DNA of 64,000 nt, taken from Nostoc sp. DedSLP01 (GTDB lineage: Bacteria; Cyanobacteriota; Cyanobacteriia; Cyanobacteriales; Nostocaceae). This document shows, piece after piece, positions 39,085-50,288 of this stretch. Each line of letters starts with the position of its first letter. The stretch's first letter is position 1. The stretch spans positions 160,001 through 224,000 of the forward strand of contig JAVRCJ020000002.1 of NCBI GenBank assembly GCA_034530875.2. The letters run 5' to 3'. Below the pieces are notes generated by a model that searched no databases, was not told where the DNA came from, and was given only the letters and a program-made list of their open reading frames with translations. The position numbers and the translations under genes were made by a program.

Positions 39085-39402
39085 TGATTAAAAGTTGATG
39101 ATTCCTATCAAGCCTTGGCGAATAAAATTCGCGGCTACACAAGCGAAGTCCGCCTATCGCGCTTGCGCTGCGCTTGACGCACTACGCGGACTAACAGAAA
39201 ATTAAGGTTTTGAAACCCACGTAGATGGGTAAAGTTTAGTGTAGACGCGGTTTCTAACCGCCCTTGTAACGTTAAGCTAACTTTATATAATTTTTAACCC
39301 ATAAGCGATCGCACTACAATACTGGGAAAAAGTTTTTAAAATTTGGTGGTAGTTAAAAGCCACCACCAGAATTTTTTAATTTGGTATCAAATCCCCTTGA
39401 CT

Positions 39403-40068
39403 TTACTTTTTCAAAACTATTTGAAAGGAATTTAAATACCCCGTAATAGTTTTAGCTAATGTCTTTTGCTGCTTTTTGGTCGTTATTGCCATTACTTGAT
39501 ATAACCTTCCTTCAGCAACATACATTCTACTTCTAGTGATTTTTCCTCCAGAATTGATGTACTCAATTTCTTTGCCGGGATGATTATTTGAACTCCGAAT
39601 GTTTCGTTGACTAATTAAATTACTTTGCGTAGTTTTGAGAGCCATATCCCGTGCGTTATTCAGTACAGCTTGGGGGTCAGTCATCTCTCCATAACTAAAA
39701 GGAAAATCATTGTAAGTAACTATGTATGCTACTTGCTGTTTTGGTGGTTGAGCGACAAATATTTCTAAGTTAATTTCGCCCATGTAAGTTTTTTGGAATT
39801 GGGTTTCTCTGTTGGGTCTTCCCGGCATCAAAATAGTAAAACGCCCATCTGGAGGAGTAAATAATTTCCATTTTGGTTGTTTTACGGGTTGAGAAACGGT
39901 TGGTTTAACCTTGGCTTTAATAGTTGGTTTGACTTTTGGTTTAACAGTTGGTTTGGGAGTTGTTTTGACAACAGGCGCAGGTGATTTGGGTTGACGCGCT
40001 TCCACCAAAACAGATCCGCCACAAATAAATGTGGCGGCGAGCAATGGCAACAGACGTTTAATTGTCAT
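39403..40068 (-). CDS. Hypothetical secreted protein with Pro/Lys-rich linker
   Basis: Signal peptide, KPTVKP repeats, globular C-terminal domain. Confidence 0.78.
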   Translation of the reverse strand: MTIKRLLPLLAATFICGGSVLVEARQPKSPAPVVKTTPKPTVKPKVKPTIKAKVKPTVSQPVKQPKWKLFTPPDGRFTILMPGRPNRETQFQKTYMGEINLEIFVAQPPKQQVAYIVTYNDFPFSYGEMTDPQAVLNNARDMALKTTQSNLISQRNIRSSNNHPGKEIEYINSGGKITRSRMYVAEGRLYQVMAITTKKQQKTLAKTITGYLNSFQIVLKK

Positions 40069-40112
40069 ATTTTTTGCCTTTGAGATGCTAATCTCACTGA
40101 TGATGCCAGCTG

Positions 40113-41138
40113 TTATAACCTAGCAGCACACAAAGCAGCACCTATTAGGCCAACTTGAGGGTTGAGAATAATATACACGGGTATTTCTTCCAGCAGGGGA
40201 CGCATCCTACCCTTTTGGGTGAAATTGAGTAAGAAACTGCTGTTTTGGATTAACGGCAGGATTTTGGGCGCAATTCCACCAGCAATGTATAAGCCGCCAT
40301 AAGGTAGGAGTTTAAGGGCGAGATTACCGGCTTCTGCACCGTAAGCTTCTATGAATAATTGCAAGGTTTGTTCGGAAAGGCGATCGCGTTTTTCTAGTGC
40401 AGCTGTACCAATGACAGCACCAGGATCGACGCTTTTCTCTTCCTTGCCGGCTTCTTGTTCCCAAGTTCTCACGACTTGGGCGACGTCTGGTGATTCGCTG
40501 GCAAATTTGCGATCGCGCAAAAATTGGTAAATTGAGACAATTCCCATTCCCGAAACTACGCGTTCTACAGAAATGCGCTGGATATCATGCTTACCAAGCA
40601 GGTATTTCAACAATTGAAACTCCATCTCGTTTCGGGGAGCAAAATCAGCGTGTCCGCCTTCTGAGGGAAAAACTTGATAGTAGTTACCCTGTCTAATTAA
40701 AAATCCTTGCCCTAAGCCCGTACCGGCACCAATAATGCCAACTGGGGCTTGTGGTTGAGGTTTGCCAGCCTGTAAAGTATGCAAGTCTTGTTTTTCTAAA
40801 CCGGAAATGCCATAGCCGACGGCTGCGAAGTCGTTTATTAAAGAAATTTGCGGGATACCCAAGTCTTGTTGTAGACGTTCGGTATCCAGGAACCAAGCTA
40901 AATTAGTTAGCTTGGCAGTATTTTTAACAATGGGGCCGGCGATCGCAAAACAAGCTTTTTCTGGTATCGATGTATTAGCTTTAGCCAAAAACTGCTGCAC
41001 TATGGGTGCTAAATCGGGAAAGTCTGCACTGTGGTAACTTTCCTGATGAATAGTATGTAAACTCTGCGAATCGGATGTTTCAACCAATCGCAGAATAGTT
41101 TTCGTACCGCCGATATCTCCCGCAAGTAGCAAAGTCAT
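40113..41138 (-). CDS. glk: Glucokinase
   Basis: LAGDIGGTKT, LINDF, GAGTGLG, SEGGH, ERVVSG, GGLYIAGGI; start placed at MTLLLAG. Confidence 0.95.
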   Translation of the reverse strand: MTLLLAGDIGGTKTILRLVETSDSQSLHTIHQESYHSADFPDLAPIVQQFLAKANTSIPEKACFAIAGPIVKNTAKLTNLAWFLDTERLQQDLGIPQISLINDFAAVGYGISGLEKQDLHTLQAGKPQPQAPVGIIGAGTGLGQGFLIRQGNYYQVFPSEGGHADFAPRNEMEFQLLKYLLGKHDIQRISVERVVSGMGIVSIYQFLRDRKFASESPDVAQVVRTWEQEAGKEEKSVDPGAVIGTAALEKRDRLSEQTLQLFIEAYGAEAGNLALKLLPYGGLYIAGGIAPKILPLIQNSSFLLNFTQKGRMRPLLEEIPVYIILNPQVGLIGAALCAARL

Positions 41139-41222
41139 AGAATTTATTGGCGAATTCATTATTTTTTTGGAGGATATACCCAACGTAGCAAAAGGCACGA
41201 TTTTAAGTACCTATCTGACGAT

Positions 41223-41870
41223 TTAGGCAAACCGAATCACTTTCTCTATATGGGTCAAATGGGAAGTATCTCCCTTTAGTTCTAATAACCATTGTGGTTC
41301 TTCGCGTACCACTTTTACCAAGGAACATAGAGAAGCTTTGACTTCTGTTTTGGCTATTTCACCGACTAACCCCATTGCGGCACCCAACACAGACGCACCA
41401 TGTGCTACTAACAGGATATTGTCTGGAAAAAATTCATGGGCTAGACATCTGGCAGTTTGTCCGGAACGTTCCCGCACTTTTTCGTGAGTTTCAGGATAAT
41501 TGGCAGCAATGCGCGGAGTGTAACTAATGTCAATTCTCTGGAATAATTCTGCCAAGGCTGGAGTTGAAAGCCTTTCGGGTTCTTCTGTCATCCAAGCTGG
41601 ATTTAGCCATTCACTCAAGCCTGTTTCGAGTTTGATAGGTAAATTGAGAACTTCTGCTACTGCGTTTGCGGTTTGTACGGTTCGTAAGAAAGGCGATGCA
41701 AAAATATGAGCAATTTTTTCTCCCTGCAAACGATTTGCTAACTGGTGGGCTTGGATTATACCATCGTCAGACAAAGGTGGATCGTAGCGTCGTTCGGCGG
41801 TGAGAAACCAATCAGGATTTACGAAGTCGAGGCGGTTGGCGTGTCTTGCGATCCAGACTATTTGACTCAT
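41223..41870 (-). CDS. Histidine phosphatase (phosphoglycerate mutase) family protein
   Basis: ARHA, SPFLRTVQTA and LVAHG motifs. Confidence 0.9.
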   Translation of the reverse strand: MSQIVWIARHANRLDFVNPDWFLTAERRYDPPLSDDGIIQAHQLANRLQGEKIAHIFASPFLRTVQTANAVAEVLNLPIKLETGLSEWLNPAWMTEEPERLSTPALAELFQRIDISYTPRIAANYPETHEKVRERSGQTARCLAHEFFPDNILLVAHGASVLGAAMGLVGEIAKTEVKASLCSLVKVVREEPQWLLELKGDTSHLTHIEKVIRFA

Positions 41871-42065
41871 GGGTTTAAATATTCTCGCGAATAAAATTCG
41901 CCGCTAAACAAATATAGATATCTGCAAACAGGGCTGCAAATATTAATATAAAACAAAATTTGTAATGATTTGTAATAAATCAAACTCTCGAATTATCTGT
42001 TGCCAAAAAATTATACTAGCGATCGCTATAACCTTCGTCTCATCCCTACACCATAATTTTCCAGC

Positions 42066-45000
42066 CTAAAAGCGATTGCACAGATGTCGATCTTCTTGTT
42101 CTACCTCATGGCTATTTTTAAGATAGTCCTTTGTCCAATTACAAGCGCGAACCATCAGTTCGTCGAGAAGCCGTTCTGTATCTAAACCGTTGAAATCCCA
42201 CAGCATTACATTATTGTCTCCACTAGCAGAAGCTAGGGTATAACCGTTAGGGCTAAAGACCACATTACTAACTGTAGCCTGATGCCCAATGAGGGTTTGT
42301 AGTTCGTTTCCCTCTAAATCCCAGATTTTGATGGTCTCGTCTTCACTTGCAGAGACTAAAGTTTTACTATCGCGGCTAAAAACTATACTATTCACTTTAG
42401 CCTTATGCCCTTTCAAGATGCGCGGTTGCAATTCCCAATTCATGAAATTCCAGAGTTCGATGGTTTCATCTTCACTGCTAGCAGCCAGCATTTTGCCGTC
42501 GGGGCTAAAGACAATGCTGGTAATGCCATCTTTAGAGTTATCATTGGAGCGATCGGGCATTTGCAATTGGATGCTTCGGGGTTTGTTGCCGTTTAAATTC
42601 CAAACTTTAACACTACCGTCTTCACATCCAGAAGCAATGGTTTGATTATCGGGACTAAAAACTATACTTGTTACCCCAGCCTTATGCTTGAGGGTTTGCA
42701 GCAGTTTGCCATTTAAGTCCCAAAGTTTCACAGTTTTGTCTTCACTTGCAGATGCTAGGGTTTTGCCATCAGCGCTAAAGACTACACTTGCTATTTCAGC
42801 CCCTTCTTGTTGAAATATTTTCGGTTTGTTGGTTATTAAATTCCAAAGTTGAACAGTACCGTCTTGATTAGAGAATGCCAGATTTTTACCATCGGGGCTA
42901 AAGGCTATACTTGTAATCACAGCCCCATCTTTTGAAAGGATTTGCGATCGCGGTTCCTTGCTTGTTAAAGTTTTTACATCCCACAGTTGAACAGTACCGT
43001 CTTCGCTACCAGAGGCAATGCTTTGGCCCTTGGGATTAAACACCACAGTGACTACCGCAGCGTGATGCGGGAGACTTGATAGGGGCTTACCTGTGAAATC
43101 CCACAGTTGAACTGTTTTGTCATCACTAGCAGAGGCTAAAGTTTTACCATCAGGACTGAAGACAACTTCGTTGACAGAATCCTGATGCTTTGAAAGGGTG
43201 TGGAGTTCCTTTAAATGCCAGAATTTAACGGTTTTGTCATCACTACCAGATGCCAGAGTTTTACCATCAGGGCTAAAGACTACACTTGTCACCCCTGCTT
43301 CATGCCCTCTGAAAGTTTGCAGACGCTTGCCTTTGAAACTCCATAGAATAACGGTATTATCTTGACTAGCAGATGCCAGAGTTTTGCCGTTGGGATTGAA
43401 GGCAACACTTGTCACCCCTGCTTCATGCCCTTTGAGAATCTGTGGTTTATAGGCGTCCTTGAGATTCCACAGGATAACAGTCTTGTCTTCGCTAGCAGAT
43501 GCTAGAGTTTGACCGTTGGGACTGAAAGCAACGCTTGTAACTACTGCCTTATGTTCTCTAAAGGTATGCAGGGGGTGACCATCTAAATCCCAGAGGATAA
43601 CAGTATTGTCAACGCTTCCAGATGCCACAGTCTGACAATCGGGACTCAAAGCTACACTTGTAACTGCATACTTATGTCCTGTAAAAGTTTTTTGTAGCTT
43701 GTTGCCTATACTCCAAAGTTTAACAGTCTTATCTTTACTTCCAGAGACTAAGAGATTACATGTTTGTGGTGGCAAAGCAAAGGCTACACTTGTAAACACT
43801 GGCTTGTTTTCTGCAATTAGAACATCTGCCTGATGTCCGCGAAAGGTTTGCAAAAAATTGGCTTTTAAATTCCAAAATCTAATAGTGCTGTCTTCGCTAC
43901 TAGATGCCAGGGTATTACCATCGGGGCTAAAAGCCACACCTGTAACTGTATAGTTGTGTTGTGTGAAAGTTTTTTGCAGCTTGCCATCTATACTCCAAAG
44001 TTTAACAGTCTTGTCTTTGCTAGTAGATGCCAGTGTATTACCGTCAGGGCTAAAAGCTACACTTGTCACTCCTGCTTCATGTCCTGCAAAAGTTTGCAAA
44101 AGCTTGCCCTGTAAATTCCAGAGGATAACAGTATTATCTTTACTAGCAGAGGCAAGAGTGCTGCCATCGGGACTAAAGGCTACAGTTGTGACATCAGCCT
44201 CATGTCCTATAAAGCTTTTCAGGCGATCGCCCTGTAAATTCCATATTGTAATAGCATTATCTTTAGTAACAGAGGCTAGAGTTTTACTATCGGGGCTGAA
44301 AACCACAGTTGTAACCTCTGCATCATGCTTGAGGGGGAGTTTTGTCAGTTCCTTGCCCTTTTTTAAATCCCAGAGTTTAACGGTTTTGTTTTCACTACCT
44401 GATGCCAGAATTTTATTATCGGGGCTAAAAGCCACAGTTGTAACCTCTCCACCATGCTTGAGGGTGTGTAGTAATTTGCCCTTTAAATCCCAGAGTTTAA
44501 CTGTTTTGTCTTTACTAACCGATGCCAAAGTTTTACCATCGGGGCTGAAAACCACAGTTGTCACCTCTGCATCATGCTTGAAGGTGTGTAGTAATTTACC
44601 GTTTAAATCCCAGAGTTTAACAGTTTTGTCTTGACTCCCTGAGGCAATAGTTTTACCATCGGAGCTAAAAACCACACTTGTAACCTCTGCACCATGTTGG
44701 AGAAGGAATTTTTTCAGTTCCTTGCCGTTTAAATCCCAGAGTTTAACAGTTTTGTCTTCACTAACCGATGCCAAAGTTTTACCATCGGAGCTGAAAACTG
44801 CACTTGTCACCGCTGCATCATGCTTGAGGGGGGATTTTGTCAGTTGATTGCCGTTTAAATCCCAAACTTTAACGGTTTTGTCTTCACTAACCGATGCCAA
44901 AGTTTTACCATCGGGGCTGAAAACTACACTTGTCACCCCTGCACTATGGTTGAGGGGGGATTTTGTCAGTTCTTTACCCTTTAAATCCCAGAGTTTGATG

Positions 45001-48000
45001 GTTGTGTCGTTACTAGCTGTGGCAATAGTTTTACCATCTGGACTAAAAACCACACTTGTGACCGCAGAGGTATGTGCAGTTAAGCGATTGCGTGCTTGTA
45101 CTATATCAATAGCTTGCTGCAATGCTGCGATCGCTTTTGACTGGGCATCAATTTGACCTTTGCCTTTGAACCACAATAATCTCCCAATTATCGAGTTTTT
45201 GAGAATCATTCTCGCCTTAATTCCTTCTACAAGGGATTGCAAATCTTTGTGAGATTTAGAGAGTAACAAAGAATTTTGGCTGAGAGAATTGGCTTTATTT
45301 AATTCGGCTTCATAGGTTTTGATTGAGGCTATTAACCCCAAACTAGTAGTAACAATAACAACAACTGCTCCACTCAAAATTGTTCTATTTGTGCGGATAT
45401 CGCGACGACGACGACTTTCTTGTTCTTGTTGTTGGCGATCGCGCAATTCAACACATGCTTGCACGTAATTAGCTTCTAAAAAATTAAAAAAATTCGATTT
45501 TTTTAATAGTTCTTTGGCTTCCTCTAAACGTCCGCCTCGATGTAATAGATAGCTTTCGTCTTTTTGAAACTTTTCCCATTCCAAAGCTGCTTGGCGGATA
45601 GTTTCCCGCAACTGAAGCAGGGTACGGTCTTCGTCTAACCAAGCCAGCAATTTCGGCCAGTAACGAATTAAGGCTTCGTGGGCAACTTCCACTTCTTCCT
45701 GCTGTGTAGCTGAATCTACACTGGTAACTATTAAGCGGGCGCCATCACCAGCTAATCGCTTGAGCAACTGTTTGATGGGATTGCGATCGCTACCAGCAGG
45801 GACTAATTCTTCTAACCCAACTCGTCGGCGCGTGTCGCGGCGTTTCTCTCCCGGTTCTTCAGAGTCATCTAAACGGGTGAGGCGCACAAAAATATTCTTG
45901 ATTTGTTCTTGTTCTTCTGGCGTACAGCTATCGTAAAAAGCATCGGCGGTTTGAGCGATCGCCATATTCACGCCACCAATCGCTTCATACTCTACAGACC
46001 GCAACCATCTGCCATGTCGCCGCTTCCACAATTCCAACAGTGCATGTTGTAGTAATGGCATTGCCCCTGGTTCATCTTGGACATCATCCAAAATCCGATT
46101 GCTCAAACCTGGTTCAAAGCGCAATCCCACTTGAGCCGCTTGCATTTCCATTGCTTTTCGCAGTTCTGCGGTATCCATCGGGCCGATCAATTCTTGCCGA
46201 CATTGCATTAATTCTTTGAGTTTCGGGTAGGAAGCACACTCACCCCAAAAGTCTGCCCGCATGGTAATCGCTACTGTTTGCTGTTGCACGACGAACAGGA
46301 ATTTATCAATAAATTCCAGCCTCATGTTTTCATCGGTACAGAGGGTGAAAAGCTCCTCAAATTGGTCGATGACTAGGATTGAAGATTGATTTTGCACCCC
46401 TGACAAAGTAGCTGCTAGTTGCTCAATGGGATTACTACTTGGTGTCATGTAGGCCATGACTAAATCGGGCTGTTTTTCCAACAAAGCCGGAATCAGCCCC
46501 GCTACTACCATTGATGATTTACCGCTACCGGAAGCGCCAAATACAGCTAAGAAGTTATGGGTTGCTAACTGCTGTTGCAATTGTTTGATTAACTTTTCCC
46601 TACCAAAGAAGAATTTACGGTCTTTGATGCGGAAGGGATACAAGCCGAGAAAGGGACACAGAGCATCATAGACAGGTGGCTGCTCTGCTAAAGCTAAAGC
46701 ATTGAAAGTCAGGTCAAGGACTTCTTGACATAAATTGTTGACCTCTTGTAAAGCTTGCGATCGCTCTTGCTGAGTTTCTTTGCTTAAGGCTGTAGTATTT
46801 GTATTGAGAACGTTAGCTAACTTCTGGGCTGGTTCTTGCAGCTTGGATTGCAGTATAGGCGATCGCTCTTGCAAAAATACTTGTAAGCGCTCCAATCCAT
46901 ATTTAATTTCGCTGTTGGTTAAGTTGCGGTCGAGTTGGTCGCTAAATAACGGCCGTCCGCCCAAGCGACTAAACAAGGCTGGGACTGTAATATCACCCCG
47001 CTTTGCTAAAGCTGCTGTCGCTTCATGCAAAGCAGAATCCACCTCTCCCGATGCTCTGAGTTGTTTATAAAAGCTCTCTATTAAGGTTTGCGCTGTTTTG
47101 ATAGTTACTTTATCGGTCATTGCTACCACCGCAGGCATCCCCAAATCCCGGACTAATCTTTGCCCTAAGCCTCCTAAGGAACCTTCAGCTTCCGGGCTGG
47201 CGCTTTCACAAGTACAAAGAAAGGTAAAGTGCGGTAAACCTTTGGCTCCCCGTAACGGCCGCAATCGCTCTAGTAAGTGCGTTGCTGGGATGGCGTCTAC
47301 TGTATTATCAGCTTTTGACCAGTAGACAATGGTTTCACCGCTATCCGTTACTCTACCGTGACTGACAAAATGTAGTATTGTATATTGTTTGTTGCGATCG
47401 CTTAATTGGCTACACAGTTGGTCGATGGTAGGCAAACCAATAGCTCCATCAAGTGTTGCCAGGACATCACAAGGTATTTCCCCCAATGCAGACTTGACGC
47501 TATTAACGCTGGCTGCAACATCGAATTCAGCTAATTTATACTTTAGGGAATCGCTAGGACTAGCAACTAACACCAGCGCCCGCAAATCCCGCCGCCCAAT
47601 GGGGGGAAAGCTACGGTCAGTAATTGCCGGAATGTAGAAAGAAAATGGTACTCGCTGATTTAGTGCTAATAACTCCCAGTCCCCATCAACAGGGGCGCAT
47701 AGCTTTTCCCAACGTAAGGTTCTTAATTCTGGATCTGATGCTTCAATAAAAAGCAACATTCTCAGTGCTTCCTCAGTTTCACGCAAAGCACAGATAAAAG
47801 CATCGCGTACATCATCGAGAAATAGCTTTTTTCCTAGTAATTTACCGTAGTCTTTCGGCTGTCCGAGAAGGCTGGTTAGCTGTTGAAAATTTTCAGGAGT
47901 GAGTTCGAGATTACCTTCTGAGCGTAACGGCAAAAGTTCGCCAAATCTGGTATGTTCTACAACAATTGGCCAGTTATTTCCTGATTTGCGCTGGATGGTA

Positions 48001-48017
48001 ATCTCAAAGGTGTTCAT
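42066..48017 (-). CDS. CHAT (caspase-like) - nSTAND NTPase - TM - WD40 repeat protein
   Basis: LHFVSHG and FLCTCES dyad motifs; FFGRE, GASGSGKSS, LVIDQFEELF, PLLQHAL; about 20 WD40 repeats. Confidence 0.9.
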   Translation of the reverse strand: MNTFEITIQRKSGNNWPIVVEHTRFGELLPLRSEGNLELTPENFQQLTSLLGQPKDYGKLLGKKLFLDDVRDAFICALRETEEALRMLLFIEASDPELRTLRWEKLCAPVDGDWELLALNQRVPFSFYIPAITDRSFPPIGRRDLRALVLVASPSDSLKYKLAEFDVAASVNSVKSALGEIPCDVLATLDGAIGLPTIDQLCSQLSDRNKQYTILHFVSHGRVTDSGETIVYWSKADNTVDAIPATHLLERLRPLRGAKGLPHFTFLCTCESASPEAEGSLGGLGQRLVRDLGMPAVVAMTDKVTIKTAQTLIESFYKQLRASGEVDSALHEATAALAKRGDITVPALFSRLGGRPLFSDQLDRNLTNSEIKYGLERLQVFLQERSPILQSKLQEPAQKLANVLNTNTTALSKETQQERSQALQEVNNLCQEVLDLTFNALALAEQPPVYDALCPFLGLYPFRIKDRKFFFGREKLIKQLQQQLATHNFLAVFGASGSGKSSMVVAGLIPALLEKQPDLVMAYMTPSSNPIEQLAATLSGVQNQSSILVIDQFEELFTLCTDENMRLEFIDKFLFVVQQQTVAITMRADFWGECASYPKLKELMQCRQELIGPMDTAELRKAMEMQAAQVGLRFEPGLSNRILDDVQDEPGAMPLLQHALLELWKRRHGRWLRSVEYEAIGGVNMAIAQTADAFYDSCTPEEQEQIKNIFVRLTRLDDSEEPGEKRRDTRRRVGLEELVPAGSDRNPIKQLLKRLAGDGARLIVTSVDSATQQEEVEVAHEALIRYWPKLLAWLDEDRTLLQLRETIRQAALEWEKFQKDESYLLHRGGRLEEAKELLKKSNFFNFLEANYVQACVELRDRQQQEQESRRRRDIRTNRTILSGAVVVIVTTSLGLIASIKTYEAELNKANSLSQNSLLLSKSHKDLQSLVEGIKARMILKNSIIGRLLWFKGKGQIDAQSKAIAALQQAIDIVQARNRLTAHTSAVTSVVFSPDGKTIATASNDTTIKLWDLKGKELTKSPLNHSAGVTSVVFSPDGKTLASVSEDKTVKVWDLNGNQLTKSPLKHDAAVTSAVFSSDGKTLASVSEDKTVKLWDLNGKELKKFLLQHGAEVTSVVFSSDGKTIASGSQDKTVKLWDLNGKLLHTFKHDAEVTTVVFSPDGKTLASVSKDKTVKLWDLKGKLLHTLKHGGEVTTVAFSPDNKILASGSENKTVKLWDLKKGKELTKLPLKHDAEVTTVVFSPDSKTLASVTKDNAITIWNLQGDRLKSFIGHEADVTTVAFSPDGSTLASASKDNTVILWNLQGKLLQTFAGHEAGVTSVAFSPDGNTLASTSKDKTVKLWSIDGKLQKTFTQHNYTVTGVAFSPDGNTLASSSEDSTIRFWNLKANFLQTFRGHQADVLIAENKPVFTSVAFALPPQTCNLLVSGSKDKTVKLWSIGNKLQKTFTGHKYAVTSVALSPDCQTVASGSVDNTVILWDLDGHPLHTFREHKAVVTSVAFSPNGQTLASASEDKTVILWNLKDAYKPQILKGHEAGVTSVAFNPNGKTLASASQDNTVILWSFKGKRLQTFRGHEAGVTSVVFSPDGKTLASGSDDKTVKFWHLKELHTLSKHQDSVNEVVFSPDGKTLASASDDKTVQLWDFTGKPLSSLPHHAAVVTVVFNPKGQSIASGSEDGTVQLWDVKTLTSKEPRSQILSKDGAVITSIAFSPDGKNLAFSNQDGTVQLWNLITNKPKIFQQEGAEIASVVFSADGKTLASASEDKTVKLWDLNGKLLQTLKHKAGVTSIVFSPDNQTIASGCEDGSVKVWNLNGNKPRSIQLQMPDRSNDNSKDGITSIVFSPDGKMLAASSEDETIELWNFMNWELQPRILKGHKAKVNSIVFSRDSKTLVSASEDETIKIWDLEGNELQTLIGHQATVSNVVFSPNGYTLASASGDNNVMLWDFNGLDTERLLDELMVRACNWTKDYLKNSHEVEQEDRHLCNRF

Positions 48018-48488
48018 ATAACAGTCAGCTTTGATTTGGAGAACTTATTTACGAGGTAATAAGAAAGAAGGCTCTTTGAGTTTTACTGAGTTTGATATAA
48101 GGCTTGTGTGTTAAGTCCGGGGTTGCTTTATCTCACGCAGAGGCGCACAGACGCAGAGAGAATAAGGAGTTAAAAATTTCATCATCCCCTGATTCAGCAA
48201 TGCTTTAAGTCCAATGGAAAACTAGCCCCAGCCTTTGTTCTACAAGCGTTGGGAAGTAAGATTTTATATCACTGAATTATCACTGAGCAAAAATTATACT
48301 AACTGCTAAAGAATAGCTTTACAAAATCTCAAAGTCTTGAGTAAGAATACTGAGCATTTGAGATAATCGCTTTTCATCTGTGATGTGCGCCCAGAAAAGG
48401 GGAAAGGTGTAAAATTACCCTTTCCCCTTTAATACCAATTCACGAAATTACTGTTACAAATCACTTCCTCTGCTTCCCCTTACATTTA

Positions 48489-49220
48489 TTACCCCAAATA
48501 AGCCTTTTTCACTCGCTCATCACTAATTAATTCTGATGCTGCGCCTGTTAAAGTTATAGAACCAGCTTCTAGAACATAACCGCGATCGGCAATTTGAAGT
48601 GCTAAATTAGCGTTTTGTTCAACTAACAAAATAGTCACGCCAGTAGCTCGTAAATTTTCAATAATCGAGAAAATTTCCCGAACGATCGCAGGTGCTAAAC
48701 CTAAGCTAGGTTCGTCTAAAAGTAACAGTTTTGGTTTACTCATTAAAGCACGAGCGATCGCTAACATTTGTTGTTCGCCACCACTCAAAGTTCCTGCTAA
48801 TTGATTGCGTCTTTGTGACAAACGGGGAAATAGCTCAAATTGACGTCCGATATCTGCTTTTATCTCTGCTTGGTTAGAGCGAATATAAGCACCCAAAAGT
48901 AAATTATCAAATACTGTTTGTCGTGCTAAAACTCTCCGCCCTTCTGGACAATGAGCAATCCCAAGTTGTACAACTTCATGAGCTTGGCGGCGGGTAATAT
49001 TTCGTCCATCATAGATAATTGCACCACTTCTGGGATTAACTATTTTCGATATAGCCCGGAGTGTAGTAGTTTTCCCAGCACCATTAGCGCCAATTAAAGT
49101 AACTACCTCACCTTTTTTAATAACTAAATTAATTTTCTTCAGAGCTTGAATACCGCCATAGTTTACATCAAGTTCTTGAATTTCTAAAATTGTATAATTT
49201 TGTGTAATATCAACGTTCAT
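48489..49220 (-). CDS. livF: Branched-chain amino acid ABC transporter ATPase (LivF-like)
   Basis: GANGAGKTT, PEGRR, LSGGEQQMLAIARAL, LDEPSLGLAP, VEQN. Confidence 0.92.
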   Translation of the reverse strand: MNVDITQNYTILEIQELDVNYGGIQALKKINLVIKKGEVVTLIGANGAGKTTTLRAISKIVNPRSGAIIYDGRNITRRQAHEVVQLGIAHCPEGRRVLARQTVFDNLLLGAYIRSNQAEIKADIGRQFELFPRLSQRRNQLAGTLSGGEQQMLAIARALMSKPKLLLLDEPSLGLAPAIVREIFSIIENLRATGVTILLVEQNANLALQIADRGYVLEAGSITLTGAASELISDERVKKAYLG

Positions 49221-49399
49221 TGGCGGTTTAGATCGAGAAATATATTGATTTAAAACTTAACATACATCAATTATAGGTTTCTAAAAACAGTACTTAGTTG
49301 TAGCTGGTTGTAGATATTGCATCAACTTAAAAATCAATGCCACAATACTGCAACCATTTTGGTATAGCATTAATTAGCGATCGAGATAACAAGCGTCCT

Positions 49400-50243
49400 G
49401 TGGCAAAAGCAGCAGATATTGGTAGTAAGCGACTAATTAATTTAGCTCCCGATACATGGGTAAAGTGGGTAACACAGCGTCCAGAAGTTGTGGCAAAAGA
49501 AATTCTTGGTTCCGAGTTTCAATGGATTAGCCGAGAAACAGATGTTTTGGTGAAAGCATACAGTCCTACTCACGGAGATTTTCTTGTACTGAATGAACTA
49601 CAGTTGCGTTACACAACACACATGCCACTACGCATGAGAGCATATACTGCCTTGGCACAAGAACGGTATCGACTCCCGACTTACCCTGTACTTATTAACA
49701 TCTTACCGCCCTCACCCAGCTTAACTATTGTTAGCAGTTACGAGCAGGAATTTTTAGGATTACGTGCGATTCAAGATTATCGCGTAATTAATTTGTGGGA
49801 AGTGGACGCTGAAATAGTGTTTCAGCAACCACTACCATCATTGTTACCATTTGTACCCATTCTGCGGGGAGGGGGAGAAGCATCAGTAGTGCAACGCGCA
49901 CTAGAAATATTGCGAGCAGATGCACAGTTAGACCAATTAGAATCTTTGCTGGCATTTTTTGCTTGCTAGCTTTGTGTTAGACACACCTTTAGTCCAACAA
50001 ATTATGAGGTGGGATATGGCAATATTGCGAGAATCGCCTTGGTATCAAGAAATTGAGCAAAGAGGTATTCAGCAGGGTGCGCGACAGCAGTTAATTCGAG
50101 TATTACGACGACGATTTGGCGAACTTCCTCAAGAATTAGAAGCAAGACTTCAAGGCCAAAGTGTGGAACAATTAGAAACTTTAATGGATAGTGCGATCGC
50201 AGTCAATTCTTTAGAAGAATTCGTCAACATTTTGTCTGTTTAA
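49400..50243 (+). pseudogene. Rpn-family (PD-(D/E)XK, DUF4351-like C-terminus) gene split by a 4-bp duplication
   Basis: GTG start (MAKAADIGSKRL), ETDVLV..NELQ nuclease-like motif; TGCT-TGCT at 49960-49967 shifts the frame; the second frame continues ASFVLD..LRESPWYQEI. Confidence 0.85.
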
Positions 50244-50288
50244 ATTTCCTATTTCCCTTCTAAATTCTAACTTTTCAATTCTGCTTTC

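Noticed and set aside
43954..45156. Antisense ORFs within the WD40 region
   Set aside because: Shadow ORFs produced by repeat periodicity
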